DNA of 16,430 nt from Candidatus Aegiribacteria sp. (GTDB lineage: Bacteria > Fermentibacterota > Fermentibacteria > Fermentibacterales > JCC-6): contig JAWOBF010000067.1 in the NCBI GenBank assembly GCA_046498225.1, forward strand, positions 1 to 16,430, written 5' to 3'. How positions within the stretch are numbered: position 1 is the stretch's first letter; each line of letters opens with the position of its first letter. The notes beneath the pieces were generated by a model, which saw nothing but the letters and a program-made list of their open reading frames with translations, was not told where the DNA came from and did no database searches. The translations under genes and the position numbers were made by a program. Positions 1 to 8,336 of this stretch are shown here, in pieces.

Positions 1-557
1 GTCAGCATTGCAAGGGTGGAGTAACCCAGGCCGTGGCCGTCGGTCATGAAGTTGCCGCCGGTCAGGTAGGCGGGGAACTGATGCAGAGGACAATCGAACT
101 CCAGGGCCAGGGCGGCATTGACCGCGTCATCCTCCTCGTATCCCCTGGAGTTCATGTAGTTCTCGTACGGCCCTCCCGGTATCCAGGGATATCCGTCGAA
201 GACAGGGTCTATGATGCCCCATGCGCCCTGTCCGTCGAACATGGAGTGGGGACCCCAGTCCCTGGTCCAGTGGGAGTACGTGTCGGCGGTTATGAACCGG
301 CAGTGGTCGAGATTCACTCCCCAGGAGGTGAATGTCGCAACCGCCTGGCTCTGCTGGGAGGGATTCTCCACCAGGACGTACAGGCTGTCATCCTCCGCCA
401 GCTCCACCACCAGCTGCGAGGGTATTCCCAGTGGCCATCTTATCAGCGTTCCGCAGGAAGGCTCCCATTCCGCGCACAGGCGGACCTGCGGCACCGGCTG
501 GGCGGCTGCGGCGGTCACTGCCAACATCATGCAGACCAGGGATCGAAAAAATATCAT
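1..557 (-). CDS. Secreted agmatine deiminase / Porphyromonas-type peptidylarginine deiminase family protein (partial, runs off the window start)
   Basis: Not in the ORF track; manual translation from ATG at 557 (SD AGAGGAG upstream): MIFFRSLVCMMLAVTAAAAQPVPQVRLCAEWEPSCGTLIRWP...HWTRDWGPH...YLTGGNFMTDGHGLG. AEWE, WxRDxGP and GGNxxxDGxG are PAD_porph-family motifs; N-terminal signal peptide. Confidence 0.88.
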   Translation of the reverse strand, partial: MIFFRSLVCMMLAVTAAAAQPVPQVRLCAEWEPSCGTLIRWPLGIPSQLVVELAEDDSLYVLVENPSQQSQAVATFTSWGVNLDHCRFITADTYSHWTRDWGPHSMFDGQGAWGIIDPVFDGYPWIPGGPYENYMNSRGYEEDDAVNAALALEFDCPLHQFPAYLTGGNFMTDGHGLGYSTLAML

Positions 558-564
558 CTCTCCT

Positions 565-1473
565 CTATTCATACACTATTCCGTACTCCAGCACCGCGAT
601 GTCCCCGGGCTGAAGGCCCAGGAAAGACGGGAAATCGCCGTCGGGCCGGAACCGGGCGCCTCTGGGGGTCCTCTCCGGAACGGATATCCTAACCTCAGCG
701 TATTCCCCGGTCCGGTTATGCAGGATGAGCGCGCATTCGTATCCGGCGGAGTTCGGATGGACCTCTTCCGAAATTTCCAGGGGGACCTCGGGCCGGACCC
801 AGAGAGTGTCTCCCGTCCTGACGGGCCACCGGGCGTTCAGCAGCTCTCCCGCTTCGGGGACCACGCAGGGCACCAGCTGATTCCACTGGGAGTGCAGCGG
901 CCATCCGTAGCTGAGCGTCAGGGGCAGTACCCTTCCATCCGCTTTCCACCAGCCGAGTTCCATGTCGCCGGTTCTTATTATCAGGGTTTCCGGCACCAGG
1001 CAGACCATTTCACCGGGAACATCCATCAGTGTCGTGTTCCTGGAAAACCATTCCCTGCCGGTGGCGTTGCTTATCAGGACCCTGGCCGAGAACCTGCAGC
1101 TGTCGCCGTCCAGTTTCCACGAGTAGAGCGGCCTCCAAGTAATACCTTCCTGCCGGTACCTTACAAAGGAGGGAAGGTCATCATTCTTGAGGCGGACCTG
1201 AACCGGCACCGCGGAGTTTTCCATTATCTCGGCCAGCCGGCTTGAATCCTCCGGGCCGCAATCGAAGCTTATGCGGGTGGCGCCTGTGAGGTCCGGGTAT
1301 TCCAGCGCGTTGGCGGGAACGGCGCCTCTCCTCAGGAATCCCGAAACTTCCGCCGGCCTGTCCCGGTGAATGGTCAGAGCGATGGAGTCCAGATATCGTT
1401 CCGGAAACCTTTCCTTTTCAGCGCAGCCCGCAATCATCATAGTAAGGGCGAGGGCGGCCAGAACTGTTTTCAT
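565..1473 (-). CDS. Lipoprotein with DUF4139-like C-terminal region
   Basis: ORF 565..1530; likely start at 1473 giving MKTVLAALALTMMIAGC (lipobox IAG-C). GITWRPLY...ARVLISNATGREW resembles the DUF4139 N-terminal pattern. Stop is 7 nt upstream of the deiminase start. Confidence 0.6.
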   Translation of the reverse strand: MKTVLAALALTMMIAGCAEKERFPERYLDSIALTIHRDRPAEVSGFLRRGAVPANALEYPDLTGATRISFDCGPEDSSRLAEIMENSAVPVQVRLKNDDLPSFVRYRQEGITWRPLYSWKLDGDSCRFSARVLISNATGREWFSRNTTLMDVPGEMVCLVPETLIIRTGDMELGWWKADGRVLPLTLSYGWPLHSQWNQLVPCVVPEAGELLNARWPVRTGDTLWVRPEVPLEISEEVHPNSAGYECALILHNRTGEYAEVRISVPERTPRGARFRPDGDFPSFLGLQPGDIAVLEYGIVYE

Positions 1474-1511
1474 GATCAGGTCCGCCGTATCGGATTTCCT
1501 GAAAGGAACAT

Positions 1512-2123
1512 ATGCCTCCATACATATCAATTGGCGGTTACTCGGACCCGCCCCGGATGCCGTACTTCTCCCTGGAAGTGGCCAGGGGCGAGCTGGTTGC
1601 CGTTGTCGGGCCCCCGGGAAGCGGCAAGAGTAATCTAATCAAATCCATGGCTGGAATCAGGGCCTTCAGCAAGGGAACCATAAAGATACTGGGGGCCAGG
1701 CCCGGGTCCATGAGGTCCAGGACTGAGACTTCATTCGTTTTCCAGAACTGGAACTTCATGCCGGACCTGCCCATCAGGACACAACTGGAACACAGGGTGG
1801 CCCTGTACAGAGGCGTTCAAACACGTATGGTCCGGAGGGATGTCGCCCGCTGGTGCGATGACCTTGAGATGGGGGATGCCATCGACAGCTATCCACGGAA
1901 GGTGAACCGCTCACAGCTTCAGATGCTCTCACTGGCTCCCCTGGCCCTTACAGGTCCGGCGGTAGCCGTACTGGACGAGCCTATGGCGAACCTTTCCTCC
2001 CTTACGGCCGGCTCCGCCATCTCGGTCATTCTTTCCGTTCTGGAGAAGGGGGCGGTCCTTGCCTTCGTGCAGGGAAGATCCCCCCTTGCCGGCAGGGCTG
2101 ACAGGGTGGTGAAACTGGCATGA
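1512..2123 (+). CDS. ABC transporter ATP-binding protein (degenerate motifs)
   Basis: Walker A GPPGSGKS, Q-loop VFQ, Walker B VAVLDEP, C-terminal ADRVVKL; SD AAAGGA before ATG. Confidence 0.85.
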   Translation: MPPYISIGGYSDPPRMPYFSLEVARGELVAVVGPPGSGKSNLIKSMAGIRAFSKGTIKILGARPGSMRSRTETSFVFQNWNFMPDLPIRTQLEHRVALYRGVQTRMVRRDVARWCDDLEMGDAIDSYPRKVNRSQLQMLSLAPLALTGPAVAVLDEPMANLSSLTAGSAISVILSVLEKGAVLAFVQGRSPLAGRADRVVKLA

Positions 2124-2845
2124 CCGGCAGAAATACCTACCATTTCAGGGAGAGCATGAGCCTGCTTCTCAAGACGAAGTGGGTGGGCCCCTACCTTCTC
2201 ATTCCGCCGCTGCTTGCTTTCATGGTGTACGCGGAGGCCTTCCTGGCAGCCCACGGAATGGCCGGGATCAACACGCTCGGCCACCGCGCCGTCCTTGCCA
2301 TCTGGAACGGTTCTTTCCTCATGGCCCTTATCGCCGGGATCAAATCCTGCCTTTTCTTCTCCCGGCTGTGGGGGTCGGACTGGTTCCGCAACTCCCTGGC
2401 GCTTCCGGTCTGCAGGCCCTGCGGTTACTGGGGACCGTACCTGGCGGTGCTGATCGTGGCCTCGGCGGTCTTTGTACTTACCAGCGGGGCGGTGGTGGCG
2501 GCCCTTCCCGACACCGGCAGATTCCCCATGTTCCAGCTGATCGGGGAGGCCTACCTTCCTGTGCTCTGGGCCGTTTCCATGGGAGCTTTCATGGGTATCA
2601 TCACCACGGGGACAGGCGGCGCCGTTTTCCTCACGGCTCTTCTTATCCTCGGTTTCATATCCGGGCTGCCGCTGGCGGACGTTCCCCGATGGGTGCAGTT
2701 CGCCATACCGCCGATGGGACGGCTGATGACCATGGGCCTCCTTTATCCGCAGGCTCTGGTGCAGGCGGTGGTGCTGATGGCTCATTCCGCCCTTTTCCTG
2801 GTACTGGGAAGGGTTCTTTACGGAACGGGCATCAGGAGAAGGTGA
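2120..2845 (+). CDS. ABC-2 type permease / membrane protein (about 6 TM)
   Basis: ATGA overlap with the ATPase; about six hydrophobic segments; LALPVCR resembles the LxxPxsR loop of ABC-2 permeases. Confidence 0.75.
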   Translation: MTGRNTYHFRESMSLLLKTKWVGPYLLIPPLLAFMVYAEAFLAAHGMAGINTLGHRAVLAIWNGSFLMALIAGIKSCLFFSRLWGSDWFRNSLALPVCRPCGYWGPYLAVLIVASAVFVLTSGAVVAALPDTGRFPMFQLIGEAYLPVLWAVSMGAFMGIITTGTGGAVFLTALLILGFISGLPLADVPRWVQFAIPPMGRLMTMGLLYPQALVQAVVLMAHSALFLVLGRVLYGTGIRRR

Positions 2846-3400
2846 TCAGTCCCCGGCCATATAGATTCCGGCGACCATCTCGTCAAGCGCCTCTACGATA
2901 TCGATTTCGGCGGAGTACGGCGCCATGCCGTAAAGAAGGACCGAGTACTCTCCCGGAAAGATCGCGCACGCCCGTCCCCTGCCCGTTACGGACCCGCTGC
3001 TGTTTATCATGTTGAAGGTTACCGCGGGCACCAGACCTATGGAAGAGGTTTCCCATCGGGCCGACCCGGTGCTTCCCTCCATCCAGTCCACCTCACCCAT
3101 GCGCAGGGCTGGAAGGATGTCCGGTGAGATGATGTCACGGAACCTCTCGGTGAGCCACTCGTCCTTCCTGGAGTTCTGTTCCAGGCTTTCCTTCCAGTAG
3201 TATAGACGATATTCGACACCGGTGGAGTTCGGTCCGCTGGTTATCACCCCGGCCTCTTCGGTGAGGGTTCCTTCCACCGGCGGGACCAGCTCATCCGGAA
3301 GGACCTCGAAGGCCAGTCCCGGATGATGGAGTACGTATTCCGGCTCCGGAAATTCGGAACCGGCCAGGGCAACTGCGGCTATGGCAAGAACTGTAAGCAT
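2846..3400 (-). CDS. Exported hypothetical protein
   Basis: ORF 2846..3442; likely start ATG 3400 (GAAGGACAGG upstream) giving signal peptide MLTVLAIAAVALAG; acidic 184-aa protein filling the gap between known genes. Confidence 0.7.
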   Translation of the reverse strand: MLTVLAIAAVALAGSEFPEPEYVLHHPGLAFEVLPDELVPPVEGTLTEEAGVITSGPNSTGVEYRLYYWKESLEQNSRKDEWLTERFRDIISPDILPALRMGEVDWMEGSTGSARWETSSIGLVPAVTFNMINSSGSVTGRGRACAIFPGEYSVLLYGMAPYSAEIDIVEALDEMVAGIYMAGD

Positions 3401-3421
3401 TTTTACCTGTCCTTCGCGTGA

Positions 3422-3450
3422 TTGGCATACCTGCGGTTTCACAATAGAAT
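3422..3450 (+). promoter_or_regulatory. Putative sigma70 promoter for the two-component operon
   Basis: TTGGCA (3422-3427), 17 nt spacer, TAGAAT (3445-3450), about 40 nt upstream of ATG 3490. Confidence 0.55.
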
Positions 3451-3473
3451 AGAATAAGTTGTGTCCCTGTCAA
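3446..3473 (-). promoter_or_regulatory. Putative sigma70 promoter for the 2846..3400 gene
   Basis: Minus strand TTGACA (3473-3468), 16 nt spacer, TATTCT (3451-3446). Confidence 0.5.
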
Positions 3474-3489
3474 CAATGGAAGGACCCGC

Positions 3490-4188
3490 ATGAGCAGCGG
3501 CCAGAAAATCGTAATCGTGGAAGACGACGAATCCATGGCTTCCCTGCTGCAGGAATACCTCCAGCGACATGGGTTCATAGTTGATATTCTGCACGAAGGT
3601 TCCAGAGCGGTCGAGTCGGTGCACCGTTCCAGGCCGGACCTGGTGATACTGGACCTTATGCTCCCCGACGCGAACGGACTCGACATCTGCAGGGAACTGA
3701 GGTCGTCCTGGCGGGGCCCCGTCCTTATGCTCACGGCCATGAAGGATGACGCCGACGTGGTGGCCGGACTGGAGATGGGAGCCGACGACTACGTTGGTAA
3801 ACCGGTCACTCCCAGAGTGCTGCTGGCCCGAATACGGGCCCTTCTGAGAAGGGGAGGCTCCGATGAGCGGGCGGAGGTCGTCCGCAGGGGCGGCCTTCGA
3901 ATGGACCTGCCCTCCAGGGCGGCTACCTACGGGGGGAAAACCCTGGACCTCACCACCACCGAGTACGACCTGCTGGCGCTTCTGGCCAGGCGGGCGGGGA
4001 GGGTGCAGGAGAGGGGAGCCCTGGTCGAGGAGCTGCGGGGCATAGATTTCCATTCCTTTGACCGGTCGGTGGACGTTATCGTCTCCCGCCTTCGCAAGAA
4101 ACTTGGAGAACACGGTGCCGAGGGAATGATAAAGACTGTCAGGGGTGTCGGCTACATGATGCCCCTTCACCCGGAGAACGACATATGA
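3490..4188 (+). CDS. OmpR/PhoB-family DNA-binding response regulator (RstA/CpxR-like)
   Basis: Receiver motifs VEDD, VILDLMLP, GADDYVGKP; winged-helix motifs DRSVDVIVSRLRKKL and IKTVRGVGY. Confidence 0.95.
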   Translation: MSSGQKIVIVEDDESMASLLQEYLQRHGFIVDILHEGSRAVESVHRSRPDLVILDLMLPDANGLDICRELRSSWRGPVLMLTAMKDDADVVAGLEMGADDYVGKPVTPRVLLARIRALLRRGGSDERAEVVRRGGLRMDLPSRAATYGGKTLDLTTTEYDLLALLARRAGRVQERGALVEELRGIDFHSFDRSVDVIVSRLRKKLGEHGAEGMIKTVRGVGYMMPLHPENDI

Positions 4189-5405
4189 GAAAGCTCTTTC
4201 TGAAGGTCTACCTTCCCCTGGCAATCTGCGTCGTGATGACCCTGGTCATAGCGGTCGTAGCCATCATGAGAATAATCCCGGCGCAGATCAGCTCCCACCG
4301 GCAGTGCGTGGAGGGTTTCAGAAACCGTCTGCTGAGCGCGGGGGAGATATCCGGTGATTCCATTATGGAAATAGCGGAGTCGATGGACCTCGATGTGACG
4401 GTCGGCCCCCGGACCGGCGTTCATCCGGCAGGCCCTCCGCCGGAAGGCTATTACACGCTTTCCGGTCTTCCCCGGAACTTCCCCTGGCGGGTCAACATCC
4501 ACGGCGGGCCCAGGGGCGGCCCCGCGGGATTCCTCAGACAGAGTTTCTGGCTGGTCCTCCTGCTCCTTCTCCTTTCGGAGGGTCTGGTCCTGTTCATCGC
4601 CCTGAAGCCGGTGCGGCGGAGGCTCTCCCGGCTGCAGTGGGCCGCGGGGGAGCTGGCGTCGGGCAACCTGGGAACCAGGCTGCCCGTGAACGAGAACGGG
4701 GACCTGATAGACGACGTGGGAAGGACCTACAACAGGATGGCGGAGGACATCGGTTCCCTTGTGGAATCACACCAGGAACTGCTGGGCATAGTGGCACACG
4801 AGCTGCGAACGCCCATGGCGAGGTTCAGGTTCGCCCTGGAGCTTCTGAGGGAGGATACCGGGGAGGAACACAAGTCGAAGATCGAAAGCATGGAGAAGGA
4901 CCTGGCGGCCCTGGACGGACTGGTCACGGAACTGCTGGACTACAACCGGCTGAGAAGGTCCGGGGAGATAGAGATGGAGCCTGTGGACCTCAAGGGTTTG
5001 TGCGACGACGTGATTCGGTCGGAATCGTGGGCGAGGGATGACGTGGAAATCGAACTTCGGGGCAGCGGTATGTGCCGGGGCAACCTTTCGCTCCTGGGCC
5101 GTGCCGTGAGCAACCTGGTACGGAACTCCGTCCGGCAGGCCCGTTCCAGGGTGGCGGTGGAGGTGTTCCGGGACAGCTCGAAGGGAGTGGCCGGTGTTAT
5201 CGTCGCCGATGACGGGCCCGGATACAACCCCGCAATAATTGACCGGCTGGGAGAGCCTTTCGTCAAGGGTCCATCCAGCGGGGGCACCGGCCTGGGGCTG
5301 GCCATCACCGGAAGGATCGTGTCCCTGCACGGGGGCAGCCTGTCCTTCGGCGCCAGCCGCAGCCTCGGCGGGGCGGAGACGGTCATCAGGCTTGAGTGCG
5401 TGTGA
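4185..5405 (+). CDS. Membrane sensor histidine kinase with HAMP domain (RstB/CpxA-like)
   Basis: Two TM segments, HAMP, H-box AHELRTPMAR, N-box NLVRN, G1 DDGPG, F-box EPF, G2 GTGLGL; ATGA overlap with the regulator. Confidence 0.95.
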   Translation: MRKLFLKVYLPLAICVVMTLVIAVVAIMRIIPAQISSHRQCVEGFRNRLLSAGEISGDSIMEIAESMDLDVTVGPRTGVHPAGPPPEGYYTLSGLPRNFPWRVNIHGGPRGGPAGFLRQSFWLVLLLLLLSEGLVLFIALKPVRRRLSRLQWAAGELASGNLGTRLPVNENGDLIDDVGRTYNRMAEDIGSLVESHQELLGIVAHELRTPMARFRFALELLREDTGEEHKSKIESMEKDLAALDGLVTELLDYNRLRRSGEIEMEPVDLKGLCDDVIRSESWARDDVEIELRGSGMCRGNLSLLGRAVSNLVRNSVRQARSRVAVEVFRDSSKGVAGVIVADDGPGYNPAIIDRLGEPFVKGPSSGGTGLGLAITGRIVSLHGGSLSFGASRSLGGAETVIRLECV

Positions 5406-5426
5406 GCTGGACCCCCTGGAACTGAG

Positions 5427-5452
5427 GAGGGGCGGCAGAAGTGCCGCCCCTC
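5427..5452. terminator. GC-rich hairpin between convergent genes (possible bidirectional terminator or RNA stabiliser)
   Basis: Perfect 11-bp stem GAGGGGCGGCA-gaag-TGCCGCCCCTC between the kinase and secDF stops; no U-tract on either strand. Confidence 0.55.
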
Positions 5453-5474
5453 GGCGCATCGAGATTATCTATGT

Positions 5475-8336
5475 CTACTTCTTCTTCAGTTTCGCGTGCC
5501 AGTCCACCAGTATCGGGCTGGCAACGAAAATGGAGGAGTAGGTTCCAACGATTATGCCGATCATCAGGGTCAGCGCGAAGCTGGAAAGGACCCCGCCTGA
5601 AATTATGAAGAGTATGAAGGCGGCCATGAAGGTGGTAAGGGATGTTATCACCGTCCGGCTCAGCACCTCGTTGATGGAGATGTTCACCGTTTCGGCGAGG
5701 GTCTTGCCCTTTCTGAGCCTTCGGTCCTCCCTGATCCTGTCGAACACGACTATCGTGTCGTTTATGGAGTAGCCCACGATGGTCAGTATGGCGGCGATGA
5801 TGGTGAGCGAGACATCCAGCCTGATAAGGGCCAGGAAACCCACAGTTATCAGGGTGTCGTGCGCCAGGGCTATCACCGCGGCCACGCCCCACTTGAACTG
5901 GAAGCGGTACCAAACGTAGAAGATGATGAATATCATGGCCATGAAGATGGCGTTCAGGGCCCTGGATTTCAATTCCTCTCCCACTCTGGGCCCTATCTGC
6001 TTGATGAAGGAGAGTCCCTCCGATTCCTCCTCCAGCTCCATGGGAGTGCAGCCGCTGGCCGCGAGAGCGTCGTAGACCGTTTCCTTGTCGGTCTCCGATG
6101 TGCGGACAACGAAGGCTTCGGCCCCTTCTCCTGTATAGTCCATTAATTTCTGAACCTGAACGTCCTCCAGCCCGCTTTCCAGCAGAAGGGTTTTCAGCTC
6201 ACCGGTTTCTATGGCCGTCTGGCTGACAACGTTGGTCTCCAGTCCTCCGGTGAAGTCGATGGATAGGTCCAGGCCCCCGCCTATGAAGAAGGCGGCGGCT
6301 CCCAGCACTATGACCGAAAGAGAGATGACGTAGGCCTTCTTCCTGTGCTCTACGAAGGAGAAATGTCTGTCTCCCAGAAGCGCCCATCTTCCGAAGCTCA
6401 GGCTCTCCCTCTTCCTGTTCCTGAGCAGCAGTTCAATAACGGCCCTGGAGAATACCAGGGAGCAGAACATGCTGGCAAGGATACCTATGGAGAGGGTTAC
6501 GGCAAAGCCGCGAATGGGTCCGGTGCCGAACCTGTAGAGGACCAGCGCCGTTATCAGTGTGGTCAGGTTGGCGTCGAGAATGGTGACGAAAGCTCTTGAG
6601 TAGCCGGCCTTCACCGCGGCCCGGATACCCTTGCCGACCTTCCTCTCCTCCCTGATCCTCTCGTAGATGAGCACGCTGGCGTCCACGGCCATGCCTATGG
6701 TCAGGATTATTCCGGCGATACCCGGAAGGGTCAGGGTGGCGTTCAGTCCCTTGAGGCCAACGCTGGTAAGAGGTCCGGGGAAACTCAGTACCGCGAGTAT
6801 CAGCAGCATGTCGAACACCAGGGCGAGTATGGCTATCACTCCGCCAGTACCGTAGTAGACAATTATGAACGCCGCCACGAGCAGTATCGCTACTATTCCG
6901 GCCACCATTCCCCTGTTTATGGACTGCTGTCCCAGGCTGGGTCCTATGGTCTGTTCCTCGGCTATCTCCAGCTCCGCGGGTAGCGAGCCGGCCTTCAGGA
7001 CCAGTCGAAGGTCCCTGGCCTCTTCGGTGGAAAAGCCGCCGGAAAGCCTGGTACCCGATCCGGATATGCGCTCACGGATAAGAGCGGCGGAGTACACCGT
7101 GCCGTCCAGTACTATGGCCACGCGCTGGTCCACGTTCTCTCCGGTTATCACTTCCCAGTTCCGGGCCCCCTCCGAATCAAACTCCAGAATAAGATAGGGG
7201 TTGTTCGAAAGGGTCTGCCCGCCTCCCATGCGTATCCTGACATCGGTGAGATTGGCGCCGGTAAGGTGGTAGTTCTCCCTCTCCTGGTCGGTCCGGCGCT
7301 CCCATCCCCGGGTCATGTCTCGCGGAAGGATGTATAGCGGTCTGAAGGAACCTTCCGTAGTCTCCTGAAGCCTTCCGAACACGAACTGCAGGTTGGCCTC
7401 GGCCATTATGGAATCCACGTCCTGCCTGTTCATGATGTCGTTGAGCTGGTCCATGTCGTCGCCGGCGTAGACTATCCAGTCCCCCGGTGATATGGCTGTG
7501 GCGGCTCTGGCCGTCTGTTCGGTGGATATCTGTATCAGCCTCGAGAGGCTGCCAGGCCTTCCCTCTCCCGGAAGCTCCATGTCACCGGCGGCATCGTCGA
7601 CGGCCACATCGGTCTGCGGCAGGGTGAACCCCTCCGGAGCCAGCTGTTCCATGTCCGCTTCCGATTCAGGGTCGGTCAATTCGTCGGTCCCGGCTTCGGC
7701 GGTATCGGATGGTTCTCCTGTCAGGCTGTCCAGCGGGGCGGGTTCCTCGGGCCCCTCCCCGGCAATGAGGCTCTCGACCTGCCTGAGAGTAGGGACGCTG
7801 GCCACCGTGGGGTTCTCATCCGTGGGATAGGCCACCAGCTTGAACTCCAGCAGGGCCTGTCTCTCAACGATGCCCCTGGCCCTCTGCGGGTCGCGGACAC
7901 CGGGAAGCTGGACGACTATACGATCGGTTCCCTGGCGGGTTATGGAGGGCTCCGAGACGCCGAATTCGTTTATCCTGTTCCTTATTACCTCCAGCGCCTG
8001 GTCGATCGCTTCTTCCTCGTCCAGTCCCGGCGCGGGTATTACGGTGTAGGAGAGATACATTCCGCCCTGGAGGTCCAGCCCCAGCTTGATTGTGCCCTCG
8101 CTGACGGAGTAAAGCTCCCTGTACTCCTCGATCAGGCTGTCTCCGCCAACCCTCTGAAGAGTGTCCAGGATTGCCCTGTAGTGCGGGTTGTCCGTCTCGG
8201 GCTGAACACTGGCCTCCGCCCTTTCCCTCTCCCGGGCCGGCATGGTGTACCAGCGTACCGTGGGCCAGACCATAAGGGCCGAGACGATCAGTAATGCGAT
8301 GGAACTCCAATTGCGCCATTTGGCGGCCTTAGTCAT
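5475..8336 (-). CDS. secDF: Fused protein translocase subunit SecDF
   Basis: KLGLDLQGG, RNRINEFGVSEP, LKAGSLP, IGPSLG, LPGIAGIILTIGMAVDA, IDFTGG, GYSINDTIVVFDRIRE. Start set to ATG 8336 from the GGAGGT SD (ORF track extends to 8420). Confidence 0.97.
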   Translation of the reverse strand: MTKAAKWRNWSSIALLIVSALMVWPTVRWYTMPARERERAEASVQPETDNPHYRAILDTLQRVGGDSLIEEYRELYSVSEGTIKLGLDLQGGMYLSYTVIPAPGLDEEEAIDQALEVIRNRINEFGVSEPSITRQGTDRIVVQLPGVRDPQRARGIVERQALLEFKLVAYPTDENPTVASVPTLRQVESLIAGEGPEEPAPLDSLTGEPSDTAEAGTDELTDPESEADMEQLAPEGFTLPQTDVAVDDAAGDMELPGEGRPGSLSRLIQISTEQTARAATAISPGDWIVYAGDDMDQLNDIMNRQDVDSIMAEANLQFVFGRLQETTEGSFRPLYILPRDMTRGWERRTDQERENYHLTGANLTDVRIRMGGGQTLSNNPYLILEFDSEGARNWEVITGENVDQRVAIVLDGTVYSAALIRERISGSGTRLSGGFSTEEARDLRLVLKAGSLPAELEIAEEQTIGPSLGQQSINRGMVAGIVAILLVAAFIIVYYGTGGVIAILALVFDMLLILAVLSFPGPLTSVGLKGLNATLTLPGIAGIILTIGMAVDASVLIYERIREERKVGKGIRAAVKAGYSRAFVTILDANLTTLITALVLYRFGTGPIRGFAVTLSIGILASMFCSLVFSRAVIELLLRNRKRESLSFGRWALLGDRHFSFVEHRKKAYVISLSVIVLGAAAFFIGGGLDLSIDFTGGLETNVVSQTAIETGELKTLLLESGLEDVQVQKLMDYTGEGAEAFVVRTSETDKETVYDALAASGCTPMELEEESEGLSFIKQIGPRVGEELKSRALNAIFMAMIFIIFYVWYRFQFKWGVAAVIALAHDTLITVGFLALIRLDVSLTIIAAILTIVGYSINDTIVVFDRIREDRRLRKGKTLAETVNISINEVLSRTVITSLTTFMAAFILFIISGGVLSSFALTLMIGIIVGTYSSIFVASPILVDWHAKLKKK

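Noticed and set aside
33..1245. Long plus-strand ORFs 33..692 and 211..1245
   Set aside because: Antisense shadows of the deiminase and lipoprotein genes; no motifs, and long shadow ORFs are expected at high GC.
5403..5452. TGA followed by a hairpin as a possible selenocysteine/SECIS signal
   Set aside because: The kinase domain is already complete, readthrough runs antisense into secDF, and the hairpin is better explained by the convergent junction.
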